Made by a program: the position numbers and the translations under genes. This document shows positions 28,026 to 40,637 of a stretch of 64,000 nucleotides of DNA, one piece after another (the first letter of the stretch is position 1; each line of letters opens with the position of its first letter). Under the pieces are notes generated by a model, which was given only the letters and a program-made list of their open reading frames with translations, made no database searches and was not told the DNA's origin. The DNA is from Escherichia coli (GTDB lineage Bacteria; Pseudomonadota; Gammaproteobacteria; Enterobacterales; Enterobacteriaceae). The DNA lies in NCBI RefSeq assembly GCF_045037415.1, contig NZ_CP173438.1. One strand, 5' to 3'.

Positions 28026-28057
28026 AAGCAGTAGCAGGCATTAATGAGGGTTAATGC

Positions 28058-28315
28058 TTATTTATAAATTACTGCTGTTCCATGGAGGGTATTCGGACCG
28101 GTTACAGAAGTAATACGGAAAGATTTTGCGCCCATCTCATCCGCTTTTTGCGCCAGCTGCTCTTCCAGCGATCCCAGATTTGTCCCCGCGTTAGCACTGA
28201 TAGTACCGACTTTTTGTTGGCCTTCTGGCGTTGACTGAACTTCGACAGCCGCAAAGCTGGCAAATGACATGGAGCTTAAAATCGCCGCAGCGATGAGGGT
28301 TTTTACGTTTTTCAT
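28058..28315 (-). CDS. bhsA: Multiple stress resistance / biofilm protein BhsA (YcfR)
   Basis: 85-aa ORF MKNVKTLIAAAILSSMSFASFAAVEVQSTPEGQQKVGTISANAG... (YdgH/BhsA/McbA family, signal peptide). Confidence 0.93.
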   Translation of the reverse strand: MKNVKTLIAAAILSSMSFASFAAVEVQSTPEGQQKVGTISANAGTNLGSLEEQLAQKADEMGAKSFRITSVTGPNTLHGTAVIYK

Positions 28316-28555
28316 AATAGTGGCCTTATGCAGATGAATGACGTCGCAAGCAATTACTTAACGATCGATAACTAAATGATAGATGTGATCTGGATCACAT
28401 ACAAGATATTTTTTATAACAATCATTAATTAATTTAAAAACCTTTAAATTTCAGTTAAATAGAAAGCGATTATTTTTATGGTTTCTGGACTGGTGAACGG
28501 AGGTGATTATTTTTATAATAACCTTTCATTCACAGTCACCAGGTACAACGGCATC

Positions 28556-29188
28556 ATGGCAACTGACTCAACACAATGTGTAAAAAAAAGCCGTGGCCGC
28601 CCAAAAGTGTTCGACAGGGATGCCGCGCTTGATAAGGCCATGAAATTGTTCTGGCAGCACGGTTATGAAGCGACTTCTCTTGCGGACCTCGTTGAAGCGA
28701 CCGGAGCTAAAGCGCCCACGCTATACGCGGAATTTACCAACAAAGAGGGGTTATTCCGCGCCGTACTCGACCACTATATCGATCGTTTTGCCGCCAAGCA
28801 TGAAGCACAGCTGTTTTGTGAAGAGAAAAGCGTGGAGTCTGCGCTGGCTGACTATTTTGCTGCCATCGCCAACTGCTTTACCAGCAAAGACACTCCGGCT
28901 GGCTGCTTCATGATCAACAACTGCACCACCCTCTCCCCGGATTCAGGAGATATCGCCAATACGCTGAAATCACGCCATGCGATGCAAGAGCGCACTTTGC
29001 AGCAGTTTTTATGTCAACGACAAGCGCGCGGGGAAATCCCGACCCACTGTGACGTGACGCATCTGGCAGAATTCCTTAATTGTATTATTCAGGGGATGTC
29101 GATCAGCGCACGCGAAGGTGCATCACTGGAAAAACTGATGCAGATTGCCCGAACGACTTTGCGTTTATGGCCGGAACTGCTGAAATAG
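28556..29188 (+). CDS. comR: TetR-family transcriptional repressor ComR (YcfQ)
   Basis: MATDSTQCVKKSRGRPKVFDRDAALDKAMKLFWQHGYEATSLADL... TetR HTH; start at MATDS gives 210 aa. Confidence 0.9.
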   Translation: MATDSTQCVKKSRGRPKVFDRDAALDKAMKLFWQHGYEATSLADLVEATGAKAPTLYAEFTNKEGLFRAVLDHYIDRFAAKHEAQLFCEEKSVESALADYFAAIANCFTSKDTPAGCFMINNCTTLSPDSGDIANTLKSRHAMQERTLQQFLCQRQARGEIPTHCDVTHLAEFLNCIIQGMSISAREGASLEKLMQIARTTLRLWPELLK

Positions 29189-29193
29189 GTCGC

Positions 29194-29228
29194 AAAAAAA
29201 GCCCCTCAGCCTGAGCGAATGAGGGGCT
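29194..29228. terminator. Terminator hairpin between convergent comR and ycfJ (strong U-tract on the minus strand)
   Basis: GCCCCTCAGCCTGAGCGAATGAGGGGC preceded by AAAAAAA on the plus strand, which is TTTTTTT after the hairpin on the minus strand. Confidence 0.75.
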
Positions 29229-29249
29229 AAATTGCAGAGTACAGCCTTG

Positions 29250-29789
29250 TTATACTTTGTTATTCAAAATCAGCTGCCCGTTGCTATCTAGCGGGATCTG
29301 CGTACCCGGATCGCGGTCCATGCGGATTTTGCCCTGCTGATCGCCAATCTTATAGGTCACATCATAACCGAGCATTTTTTCTGACTTGTCATACACCGTT
29401 TTACAACGCTGTTGCGTAGTCGTGTAAGTATCGCTTTCCTGGAGAGAGCCCTGGATCTGGTTACCTGCATATCCACCCCCCAGCGCCCCCACAACAGTGG
29501 CGACATCTTTACCGCGACCACCTCCAAACTGATGCCCAATCACGCCGCCAGCAACAGCGCCGAGCACCGACCCGGTAATGCGATTTTCATCCTGCACCGG
29601 TCGACGATGGGTCACTGTAACGTTGCGACACTCCTGACGCGGTGTTTTAACCGTTTCCTTGATTGGGGTTGCAGAAACAACCTGAGCGTATTGCGGGCCA
29701 CGTTCAAACACGTTCAGACTGGCCACTGCCGCTACGCCCAGCGCAGCTGCGACACCAATCCCGATACCCGCCAACATTGACTTATTCAC
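29250..29789 (-). CDS. ycfJ: Glycine-zipper (Rick_17kDa_Anti family) outer membrane protein YcfJ
   Basis: Signal/TM N-terminus and Gly-rich GxxxG repeats (VLGAVAGGVIGHQFGGGRGKDVATVVGALGGGYAG); GTG start gives 179 aa. Confidence 0.85.
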   Translation of the reverse strand: MNKSMLAGIGIGVAAALGVAAVASLNVFERGPQYAQVVSATPIKETVKTPRQECRNVTVTHRRPVQDENRITGSVLGAVAGGVIGHQFGGGRGKDVATVVGALGGGYAGNQIQGSLQESDTYTTTQQRCKTVYDKSEKMLGYDVTYKIGDQQGKIRMDRDPGTQIPLDSNGQLILNNKV

Positions 29790-29914
29790 GGGAACACCTC
29801 CTTCTTTGTAGTTATGCCAATCATGCAAGCGAAGGAGAAAAGCAGCTATCAGACAGAAGATGAAAAGCGCGGGAATGGCTGGAAATACTCAGGGATTCGG
29901 AGGAGTCTGAAGGA

Positions 29915-30005
29915 ATGCCTGATGCGACGCTTAACGCGTCTTATCAGGCCTACCGCTCGTACCATTTGTCCAGGGCGGATAAGGCGTTTATGCCCCATCC
30001 GCCAG
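29915..30005. repeat. REP/BIME element
   Basis: GCCTGATGCGACGCTTAACGCGTCTTATCAGGCCTAC plus GGCGGATAAGGCGTTTATGCCCCATCCGCC in the ndh-ycfJ intergenic region. Confidence 0.85.
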
Positions 30006-30015
30006 TACAAGTCGA

Positions 30016-31320
30016 TTAATGCAACTTCAAACGTGGACGGATAACGCGGTTAATACTCCCCACCAGCATCATTAATCCGGTTTTAAAGTAACCATGCAGC
30101 GCAATCTGGTGCATTCGGTACAGCGAGATGTATACAAAGCGCGCAATTCGTCCTTCAATCATCATTGAGCCGCGCGTCAGGTTACCCATCAGGCTACCGA
30201 CTGTGGAAAAGTTCGACAGCGATACCAGCGAACCGTGATCTTTATACTGATAATTTTTCAGCGGCTTACCGTTCATCTGCGCCAGAATGTTGTTCATTGC
30301 GCAGGTTGCCATCTGATGTGCGGCCTGAGCGCGCGGCGGAACAAAGCCCCCTTCCGGACGCGGGCATGACGCGCAGTCGCCAATAGCGTATATGTCTGGA
30401 TCGCGAGTGGTTTGCAGCGTCGGTTCCACCACCAGCTGGTTGATACGGTTGGTTTCAAGACCACCGATATCTTTCAGGAAGTCTGGCGCTTTGATCCCGG
30501 CTGCCCACACCATCAGATCAGCCTCAATATATTCGCCATCTTTAGTGTGCAGGCCGCCTTCATCAGCACTGGTGACCATGGTTTGCGTCAGCACGCGAAC
30601 GCCAAGTTTCGTTAACTCACTATGGGCCGCAGCAGAGATACGTGGCGGCAATGCAGGCAAAATACGTTCGCCCGCTTCTACCAGCGTTACGTTCAGGGCT
30701 TCGTTGGTCAGACCTTTATAACCGTAACTGTGCAGTTGCTTGACCGCGTTGTGCAATTCAGCGGAGAGTTCTACACCCGTCGCGCCGCCGCCGACAATCG
30801 CAATGTTTACTTTGCCATTCGCGCCCAGGTTGGCGGAGTATTTCAGGAACAGATTCAGCATCTCCTGGTGGAAGCGACGCGCCTGGTGCGGGTTATCGAG
30901 GAAAATGCAGTTCTCTTTGACACCTGGTGTATTGAAATCGTTAGAGGTGCTACCCAGCGCCATTACCAGGGTGTCATAGGCGATTTTACGTTCCGGAACC
31001 AGCAGTTCACCTTTCTCGTCGCGCAGTTCTGCAATAGTGATTGTTTTCGCTTCACGATCAATATCAATTACGGAACCCAGCTGGAACTGGAAACCATGAT
31101 TGCGCGCATGGGCCAGATAGCTCAACGCATCGACGCCTTCATCAAGCGAGCCAGTCGCCACTTCGTGCAGCAGCGGTTTCCACAAGTGGCTGTGGTTACG
31201 ATCGACCAGCGTAATTTTGGCTTTTTTCTTGCGTCCCAGCTTATGCCCCAGCTGTGTTGCCATTTCCAGCCCACCAGCACCGCCGCCGACAATCACAATT
31301 TTTTTCAATGGCGTAGTCAA
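30016..31320 (-). CDS. ndh: NADH dehydrogenase II (NDH-2)
   Basis: [25 protein letters not shown]... (FAD GxGxxG motifs); 434 aa from a TTG codon preceded by an AAGGGGG Shine-Dalgarno. The ORF-track start at 31347 is an upstream extension. Confidence 0.92.
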   Translation of the reverse strand: MTTPLKKIVIVGGGAGGLEMATQLGHKLGRKKKAKITLVDRNHSHLWKPLLHEVATGSLDEGVDALSYLAHARNHGFQFQLGSVIDIDREAKTITIAELRDEKGELLVPERKIAYDTLVMALGSTSNDFNTPGVKENCIFLDNPHQARRFHQEMLNLFLKYSANLGANGKVNIAIVGGGATGVELSAELHNAVKQLHSYGYKGLTNEALNVTLVEAGERILPALPPRISAAAHSELTKLGVRVLTQTMVTSADEGGLHTKDGEYIEADLMVWAAGIKAPDFLKDIGGLETNRINQLVVEPTLQTTRDPDIYAIGDCASCPRPEGGFVPPRAQAAHQMATCAMNNILAQMNGKPLKNYQYKDHGSLVSLSNFSTVGSLMGNLTRGSMMIEGRIARFVYISLYRMHQIALHGYFKTGLMMLVGSINRVIRPRLKLH

Positions 31321-31589
31321 CGTGACCCCCTTAAATTTATTAACCAATTGTTAATTAATGGTTATTAACATAGCTCTTAATTAACAACAGGTTATAGCAA
31401 TGAAAATGTTCTTCGCTATTGAGAATAACATGAATGGTGCATTGGTCATACCAAAATTGATGTTAATCAAGTTTTGTTGCTGAAAAGATAGGCGACTTTA
31501 CCGGGTGAGATCAAAAAACAGAGTTTGTTGTTCATTATTTGAGCTGATTTGTGAGAATGATATAGAGTGAGGTGTGTATGGAGGGCGTT

Positions 31590-31712
31590 CGGTAGGCCTG
31601 ATAAGAGGCGCATCAGGCATTGATGCTCGACTGTCGGATGCGGCGGAACGCCTTATCCAACCCACAGAATCAGGAGCGCATCAGGTACCGGCAAGGTTAC
31701 CTGATGCGACGA
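31590..31712. repeat. REP/BIME cluster (three REP-like palindromes)
   Basis: AGGCCTGATAAGAGGCGCATCAGGC, CGGATGCGGCGGAACGCCTTATCC, GCGCATCAGGTACCGGCAAGGTTACCTGATGCGAC in the ndh upstream region. Confidence 0.85.
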
Positions 31713-31718
31713 GGGCAT

Positions 31719-32261
31719 TTACCCGAGGGTTTTGAACGCTTTAATGCGCTGTAAATGCGGGGAGATATTCTTGAATTTGTGCGTCTGCTCTTCGTCCCAG
31801 ACAATCTCGTAATAATGATGCAACTCTTCAGATGTCCGCTGGCTGTTAAGCGCTTCATCATTACGCGACAAAATCACCAGGCAACGATCGCGATTCTTCT
31901 CACGGAAGTTGGTCACACACTTAGTGGCAATATCGGCATACTCTTCCGGGCGATCAATCTTCCCTTCCATGTTCTCATAAGGGAACAAATTGGGGTTGAA
32001 GATCACCTGGCGGATATCACAGAGAAAACCAATCCGCTCAGCCCAATAACCGCCCAGACCAACACCACAAATGAGCGGGCGCTCGTCGACGTTCAGTTGC
32101 AACATTTTGTCCACTTCTTTGAGCAAATGCTGCATATCATGTTTTGGATGCCGCGTACTGTAGCTTATTAGCCGTACATCCGGGTCAATAAACTGCAATT
32201 GTAAGACTTTCTCGTGGTTACCCGGACTGTTAGAGTCAAAACCGTGCAAATAGATAATCAT
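31719..32261 (-). CDS. ycfP: Alpha/beta-hydrolase-fold esterase-like protein YcfP (UPF0227)
   Basis: [22 protein letters not shown]...; start at MIIYLHGF gives 180 aa. Confidence 0.88.
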
Positions 32262-32283
32262 CGCTTCCTCACATAAGCCAGGG

Positions 32284-34124
<1,841 letters not shown>

Positions 34125-34144
<20 letters not shown>

Positions 34145-34766
34145 CTTTACCTGACCAGATAATTTCGCCCGTCTGCACCAGCATCAGCTGCATTTGTAGG
34201 GTCGGAGCGTTAACGTTGCCAGAGGCGCTGGAGTACAGCACGTAATGAGCGCCAACATTGCGGGCAATGCCTATGGCTTTACTACGGGTGCCTAAACTGT
34301 CCTGCGGCGACAAACCTAATTGTTGCTTAGCCATCGACAGCTGCTGGGCGGAAACCAGGGTAAATTTACCGTTATTAGCCAGCGCATTTCGCAGCGTTTC
34401 GGTCGCTTCTGCGGCATTCAACGAACCGTTAGTACGGTTGTTAACGCTATCAACCAGCAGGACGCTACCCGCAGTCACGCCATCAGCCCCAAGCATCTTA
34501 CTGACCATCGGCTGCATTGCGCCATTCCAGTCATAATGGCGAATATGCGGCGCAGGCGGTGCAGTTTGATCTTCGTGCTCAATTGGGCCTGGCTGCTGCG
34601 GTATCGTCGGCACCGATGGCACTGTGGGGACAGGCTGTTGTGGCTCGGTTGGTTGTTCCGGCGCTGGTTTCACTTCTTCTACCGGTGCAGGTTCACGTTG
34701 CCCCACACACCCGGCAAGAAACATCGCCAGCGCGGTAATCAAGGCGTAGCGACTCATTTTTGTCAT
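34125..34766 (-). CDS. lpoB: Outer membrane lipoprotein activator of PBP1B
   Basis: [20 protein letters not shown] lipobox, Pro-rich linker, C-terminal globular domain; overlaps thiK start. Confidence 0.93.
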
Positions 34767-34779
34767 CAAGATTCACCCC

Positions 34780-35157
34780 TTACAAATATAGATAAAGTCT
34801 GACTTTGTGCGCCCCCAGAAAATTGGCGCTGCCGTACAGCGTGACCGCCGAATGTGCGGGAATGGTAACGCTGCGTGGCCTTTCCAGAGGATGCATCTCC
34901 AGCCCTCTGGCGTCATACCAGTAAAAACGATAATGAACGGTAACGGGTTCTTGCCTTTCGTTATAAAGCGTTGAGGATGCTGAAGGTTGAATATCAGATG
35001 TCGAAAGGACGGGCTTTTCTGCACTGATGCCCGCAGCCAATAAAGATGACTCCATCACCAGCGATTGCTCATCATTCACCGGAATTTCCGGATGTGAACG
35101 ACAGCCCACCAGCACTAACAACGCCAGAGACACCAGCCCAAAGCATCCTTTTCTCAT
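34780..35157 (-). CDS. ycfL: Lipoprotein YcfL
   Basis: 125-aa ORF MRKGCFGLVSLALLVLVGC lipobox. Confidence 0.88.
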   Translation of the reverse strand: MRKGCFGLVSLALLVLVGCRSHPEIPVNDEQSLVMESSLLAAGISAEKPVLSTSDIQPSASSTLYNERQEPVTVHYRFYWYDARGLEMHPLERPRSVTIPAHSAVTLYGSANFLGAHKVRLYLYL

Positions 35158-35159
35158 CG

Positions 35160-35519
35160 TTACAGACCTTTATGCGCCAGCATTGGTCCCAGCGGACGGC
35201 CACCCAACAAGTGCATATGGATGTGGTAAACCTCTTGTCCGCCATGGCGGTTGGTGTTCATGATCAGACGATAGCCATCTTCGGCAATACCTTCTTGCTC
35301 AGCAATTTTTGCCGCTACGGTGATCATGCGTCCCAGCGCCTGCTCATGCTCAGCTGACACGTCGTTCACAGTCGGAATGAGGATATTCGGAATGATCAGA
35401 ATATGCGTTGGCGCTTGCGGCGAAATATCGCGAAACGCCGTTACCAGATCATCCTGGTAGACGATATCGGAGGGGATCTCACGACGAATAATTTTGCTGA
35501 ATATAGTTTCTTCTGCCAC
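35160..35519 (-). CDS. hinT: HIT-family purine nucleoside phosphoramidase
   Basis: [17 protein letters not shown]... and HIT motif HIHMHLLGG; GTG start gives 119 aa. Confidence 0.92.
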   Translation of the reverse strand: MAEETIFSKIIRREIPSDIVYQDDLVTAFRDISPQAPTHILIIPNILIPTVNDVSAEHEQALGRMITVAAKIAEQEGIAEDGYRLIMNTNRHGGQEVYHIHMHLLGGRPLGPMLAHKGL

Positions 35520-35729
35520 GACATTTTCCTTTTTCAAATAGCCATGCGTTGCGCCATGCTACGCCGCGCCACACTGCGAGTATAGAGTATGGTCGAGTTA
35601 AACCTGCTCTTTCAACCTTAACTCACGATTTCTTAAGCAAAAAACCGTTTTGCTGCCGTATATATCGCCATTATTCCCATTTCTGCCTGCGAATGCGCTG
35701 AAAAGACATTTTCTGTTTGGTTTACACAC

Positions 35730-35790
35730 CAAATATGAATGCGTATATTTCTCATTTGCATTTACATACAAAATTATTCGCACACTAAAT
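35730..35790 (+). promoter_or_regulatory. fhuE promoter region with candidate Fur-binding AT-rich hexamer repeats (approximate)
   Basis: AT-rich stretch ...ATGCGTATATTTCTCATTTGCATTTACATACAAAATTATTCGC... upstream of the iron-regulated fhuE; no exact Fur box could be confirmed by eye. Confidence 0.3.
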
Positions 35791-35852
35791 ATAACCGCTC
35801 ATCACCCTGCTCCGGCATGAGCCTGACGCCAACATAAACCAAGAGATTTCAA

Positions 35853-38042
35853 ATGCTTTCGACACAATTTAACAGGGATAATCAACATCAAGCCATCATC
35901 AAACCGTCACTCCTTGCCGGTTGCATAGCACTGGCACTATTACCTTCCGCCGCTTTTGCTGCACCAGCCACTGAAGAAACGGTGATTGTTGAGGGTTCAG
36001 CCACAGCCCCAGATGATGGCGAAAATGATTACAACGTAACGTCTACCTCTGCGGGTACAAAAATGCAGATGACTCAACGTGATATTCCTCAGTCGGTCAC
36101 TATTGTTAGCCAGCAGCGGATGGAAGATCAGCAGTTACAAACGCTGGGCGAAGTGATGGAAAACACGCTGGGGATCAGCAAAAGTCAGGCGGATTCCGAT
36201 CGTGCTCTTTATTATTCCCGCGGATTCCAGATCGATAACTATATGGTTGATGGTATCCCCACCTATTTTGAATCGCGCTGGAATCTGGGCGACGCACTTT
36301 CTGATATGGCACTGTTTGAACGCGTAGAAGTAGTGCGTGGCGCGACAGGCCTCATGACCGGGACGGGTAATCCATCTGCGGCAATTAATATGGTTCGAAA
36401 ACACGCGACCAGTCGTGAATTTAAAGGCGATGTCTCGGCGGAATACGGTAGCTGGAACAAAGAACGGTATGTGGCGGATTTACAAAGCCCACTCACCGAA
36501 GACGGTAAAATCCGCGCACGAATTGTCGGCGGCTACCAGAATAACGACTCATGGCTGGACCGCTACAACAGTGAAAAGACCTTCTTCTCCGGCATTGTCG
36601 ATGCTGATTTAGGCGATCTTACGATGCTTTCAGCCGGTTACGAATATCAGCGTATTGATGTTAATAGCCCAACCTGGGGCGGTTTACCGCGCTGGAATAC
36701 TGATGGCAGCAGCAACAGTTACGATCGCGCACGCAGTACCGCACCTGACTGGGCGTACAACGATAAAGAGATCAACAAGGTCTTTATGACCCTGAAGCAG
36801 CGGTTTGCTGATACCTGGCAAGCGACGCTGAATGCCACCCACTCTGAAGTCGAATTTGACAGCAAAATGATGTATGTCGATGCCTATGTAAACAAAGCGG
36901 ATGGTATGCTGGTTGGGCCATACAGTAATTATGGCCCTGGTTTTGATTATGTCGGAGGCACCGGTTGGAACAGCGGCAAACGTAAAGTTGATGCGCTGGA
37001 TCTGTTCGCTGACGGTAGTTATGAATTGTTTGGTCGTCAGCACAATTTAATGTTTGGTGGCAGTTACAGCAAACAAAACAATCGTTACTTCAGTTCATGG
37101 GCCAACATTTTCCCGGATGAAATTGGCAGTTTCTACAACTTTAATGGCAATTTCCCACAAACCGACAGGTCACCACAGAGTCTGGCGCAGGACGATACCA
37201 CACATATGAAATCGTTATATGCTGCCACTCGTGTCACCCTTGCCGATCCGCTGCATCTGATCCTCGGCGCACGTTATACCAAGTGGCGGGTTGATACGCT
37301 GACTTACAGCATGGAGAAAAACCACACCACGCCTTATGCTGGACTGGTGTTTGACATCAATGATAACTGGTCGACCTACGCCAGCTATACCTCTATTTTT
37401 CAGCCGCAAAATGATCGTGACAGTTCAGGCAAATATCTGGCACCAATCACCGGTAACAACTACGAGCTGGGTCTGAAATCGGACTGGATGAATAGCCGTC
37501 TGACCACCACGTTAGCCATCTTCCGTATTGAGCAGGATAATGTCGCTCAGTCCACCGGTACACCTATCCCCGGCAGCAACGGCGAAACCGCCTATAAAGC
37601 GGTGGATGGGACAGTCAGTAAAGGTGTGGAATTTGAACTCAACGGCGCAATTACCGACAACTGGCAGCTGACGTTTGGCGCAACGCGCTATATTGCAGAG
37701 GATAACGAAGGAAACGCCGTTAATCCTAATCTGCCACGCACCACGGTTAAAATGTTCACCAGCTATCGGTTGCCTGTCATGCCAGAGTTGACGGTCGGCG
37801 GTGGTGTTAACTGGCAAAATCGCGTGTATACCGACACCGTGACACCGTATGGCACCTTCCGCGCCGAGCAAGGTAGCTACGCGCTGGTGGATCTCTTCAC
37901 CCGCTACCAGGTGACGAAAAACTTCTCGTTACAGGGGAACGTCAATAACCTGTTCGACAAAACCTACGATACCAACGTGGAAGGTTCTATTGTCTACGGC
38001 GCACCGCGTAATTTAAGCATTACCGGCACGTATCAATTCTGA
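35853..38042 (+). CDS. fhuE: TonB-dependent ferric coprogen/rhodotorulic acid receptor
   Basis: 729-aa ORF with signal peptide, TonB box/plug and C-terminal beta-barrel ending ...ITGTYQF. Confidence 0.96.
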   Translation: MLSTQFNRDNQHQAIIKPSLLAGCIALALLPSAAFAAPATEETVIVEGSATAPDDGENDYNVTSTSAGTKMQMTQRDIPQSVTIVSQQRMEDQQLQTLGEVMENTLGISKSQADSDRALYYSRGFQIDNYMVDGIPTYFESRWNLGDALSDMALFERVEVVRGATGLMTGTGNPSAAINMVRKHATSREFKGDVSAEYGSWNKERYVADLQSPLTEDGKIRARIVGGYQNNDSWLDRYNSEKTFFSGIVDADLGDLTMLSAGYEYQRIDVNSPTWGGLPRWNTDGSSNSYDRARSTAPDWAYNDKEINKVFMTLKQRFADTWQATLNATHSEVEFDSKMMYVDAYVNKADGMLVGPYSNYGPGFDYVGGTGWNSGKRKVDALDLFADGSYELFGRQHNLMFGGSYSKQNNRYFSSWANIFPDEIGSFYNFNGNFPQTDRSPQSLAQDDTTHMKSLYAATRVTLADPLHLILGARYTKWRVDTLTYSMEKNHTTPYAGLVFDINDNWSTYASYTSIFQPQNDRDSSGKYLAPITGNNYELGLKSDWMNSRLTTTLAIFRIEQDNVAQSTGTPIPGSNGETAYKAVDGTVSKGVEFELNGAITDNWQLTFGATRYIAEDNEGNAVNPNLPRTTVKMFTSYRLPVMPELTVGGGVNWQNRVYTDTVTPYGTFRAEQGSYALVDLFTRYQVTKNFSLQGNVNNLFDKTYDTNVEGSIVYGAPRNLSITGTYQF

Positions 38043-38052
38043 ATAACGCCTG

Positions 38053-38079
38053 TAAAAAAGGCAGCCATCTGGCTGCCTT
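38053..38079 (-). terminator. ptsG rho-independent terminator (hairpin shared with the fhuE 3' end)
   Basis: GGCAGCC-ATCT-GGCTGCC hairpin with an A-run on the plus strand, which is a U-tract following the hairpin on the minus strand. Confidence 0.75.
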
Positions 38080-38101
38080 AGTCTCCCCAACGTCTTACGG
38101 A

Positions 38102-39535
38102 TTAGTGGTTACGGATGTACTCATCCATCTCGGTTTTCAGGTTATCGGATTTAGTACCGAAAATCGCCTGAACACCAGAACCAGCAACCACTACGCCCGC
38201 TGCGCCCAGTTTCTTCAGGCCAGCCTGATCCACTTTAGACACATCAGCAACGCTGACGCGCAGACGGGTAATACATGCGTCGAGGTTAGTAATGTTTTCT
38301 TTACCACCAAATGCAGCAACCAGAGCCGGTGCCATTTCGCTGGTACCTGTCGCTTTTGCGTCTTCAGTCGCGTCTTCACGACCCGGCGTTTTCAGATCCA
38401 GTGCTTTAATCAGCACGCGGAAGATGGTGTAGTAAACAATGGCATAACCGATACCGACGATCGGGAACAGCCACAGTTTGCTGCTGTTACCAGACAGAAC
38501 GATGAAGTCGATCAGACCGTGCGAGAACGACGTACCGTCACGCATCCCCAGAAGAATACAGATTGGGAATGCCAGGCCTGCCAGAATCGCGTGGATGATG
38601 TACAGGATCGGCGCAACGAACATGAAGGAGAACTCGATCGGCTCGGTGATACCGGTCAGGAACGAGGTCAGCGCCGCGGAGATCATAATACCGCCCACTT
38701 TCGCGCGGTTTTCTGGTTTAGCAGAGTGCCAGATAGCAATTGCGGCAGCTGGCAGACCGTACATTTTGAACAGGAAGCCACCAGACAGTTTACCCGCAGT
38801 CGGGTCACCCGCCATATAACGCGGAATGTCGCCGTGGAAAACCTGACCTGCTGCGTTGGTGTATTCACCAATCTGCATCTGGAAAGGTACGTTCCAGATG
38901 TGGTGCAGACCAAACGGTACCAGGCAACGTTCGATGAAACCGTAAATGCCAAACGCAACTACCGGGTTCTGGTAAGCAGCCCACTGAGAGAAGGTCTGGA
39001 TTGCAGAGCCAATAGGCGGCCAAATGAAGGACAGCACAACGCCAGTAAAGATGGCAGTCAGGCCTGAAATGATCGGCACAAAGCGTTTACCGGCAAAGAA
39101 GCCAAGATACTCAGGCAGCTTAATACGGTAGAAACGGTTAAACATGTACGCTGCGATCGCACCGGAGATAATCCCCCCGAGTACGCCAGTATCCGCCAGG
39201 TGTTTAGAGGCGATTTCTTCAGCAGGTAAATGCAGTACCAGTGGCGCAACCACGGCCATGGTTTTAACCATGATGCCATAGGCAACAACTGCGGCCAGCG
39301 CGGATACGCCATCGTTATTGGTAAAGCCGAGGGCGACACCGATCGCAAAAATCAGTGGCATGTTTGCAAAGACGGAACCGCCTGCTTCTGCCATAACATG
39401 CGATACAACGGCGGGCAGCCAGCTGAAATTCGCGGAACCGACGCCCAGCAGAATACCTGCGATAGGCAGTACGGATACCGGCAGCATCAGCGATTTACCG
39501 ACCTTTTGCAGGTTAGCAAATGCATTCTTAAACAT
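38102..39535 (-). CDS. ptsG: Glucose-specific PTS enzyme IICB
   Basis: 477-aa [36 protein letters not shown]... with C-terminal IIB domain (ITRLRVSV). Confidence 0.97.
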
Positions 39536-39570
39536 AATTGAGAGTGCTCCTGAGTATGGGTGCTTTTTTT
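39536..39570 (-). promoter_or_regulatory. ptsG 5' leader / RBS region, the known target of sRNA SgrS base-pairing
   Basis: mRNA sense sequence AAAAAAAGCACCCATACTCAGGAGCACTCTCAATT immediately 5' of the ATG; SgrS is established to pair across the ptsG translation-initiation region. Confidence 0.55.
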
Positions 39571-39630
39571 ACGTTCTCACGCGTGGCAAGGGGGGAGTGC
39601 CTCGCCGTGTACAGGGCATCTAAGCGCCCT

Positions 39631-39655
39631 TTATTTATTACACAGAGTAAAATAA
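39631..39655. promoter_or_regulatory. Candidate Mlc/NagC-type operator at the ptsG promoter
   Basis: TTATTT-N13-AAATAA palindrome (TTATTTATTACACAGAGTAAAATAA) centred about 108 bp upstream of the ptsG ATG, near the expected P1 start. Confidence 0.45.
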
Positions 39656-39829
39656 TTCAGTGCCGATTTGTTTGACGGCTATCACGTTTCAACTTCAGAT
39701 CATTGGAGAAGTTGCACATTTTGACAAAACATATGTCACAATATTTCAAACGTGGTTATTCACCGCCCGATTTTCGGCGGTGAACTTTACTCGTTTTAGC
39801 CATTAATTACGAGCTTTAAAAAAACTCAT

Positions 39830-40627
39830 TCAACGGATGGATTGAAGGCGGGAAGCATCGATGTGAAACAGACGGGCGAAGTTATCGGTGGTTACCTGCG
39901 CCAGTTCTTCAACGGCAACACCTTTCAACACAGCCATGTATTCTGCAACGTCACGAACCATCGCAGGTTGATTCTCTTTTCCTCGATGCGGTACTGGCGC
40001 AAGGTAAGGTGAGTCAGTTTCCACCAGTAACCGATCCAGGGGGACATAACGCGCAGCATCGCGCAGTTGCTCCGCATTACGGAAGGTCACAATGCCGGAA
40101 AAGGAGATGTAAAATCCGAGATCCAGTAATTTACCCGCCGTTTCTCTGTCCTCTGTAAAACAGTGTAGTACGCCACCGCAATCCGTCACTTTTTCTTCGC
40201 GCAGAATTGCCAGCGTATCGGCGCGGGCGTCACGGGTGTGGACGATAACCGGCTTGTTCAGTTCACGACCAATCTGGATATGATGGATGAAGGACTCTTG
40301 CTGACGTACTTTAGTTTCCGGCGTGTAATAATAATCCAGCCCGGTTTCACCCAGCGCTACAACGCCCTCTTCTGCCGCCAGACGACGTAAATCTTCTACA
40401 TCGTAGGGATCATTCTGGTTGAGTGGATGCACGCCACAAGAAAATACGACGTTGTCGCGTTCGCCTACCAGATCCCGCATGTGTAAATAACCCGGTAATG
40501 TTGTGGCGACTGCCAGACAAAATTTCACATCGCGTGCGGCGGCTTTCGCCAGAACGTCATCCACGTCCTTATGCAAAGATTCATAATCCAGACCATCGAG
40601 ATGGCAGTGTGAGTCGACTAAAAACAT
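39830..40627 (-). CDS. ycfH: TatD-family metal-dependent hydrolase YcfH
   Basis: [34 protein letters not shown]...; start at MFLVDSHCH gives 265 aa. Confidence 0.9.
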
Positions 40628-40637
40628 GATGTCTCTC

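Noticed and set aside
30622-31368. 248-codon ORF antisense to ndh
   Set aside because: Shadow ORF; ndh on the opposite strand is unambiguous.
38105-39067. 320-codon ORF antisense to ptsG
   Set aside because: Shadow ORF opposite a well-defined gene; no start or RBS context and no protein-like features.
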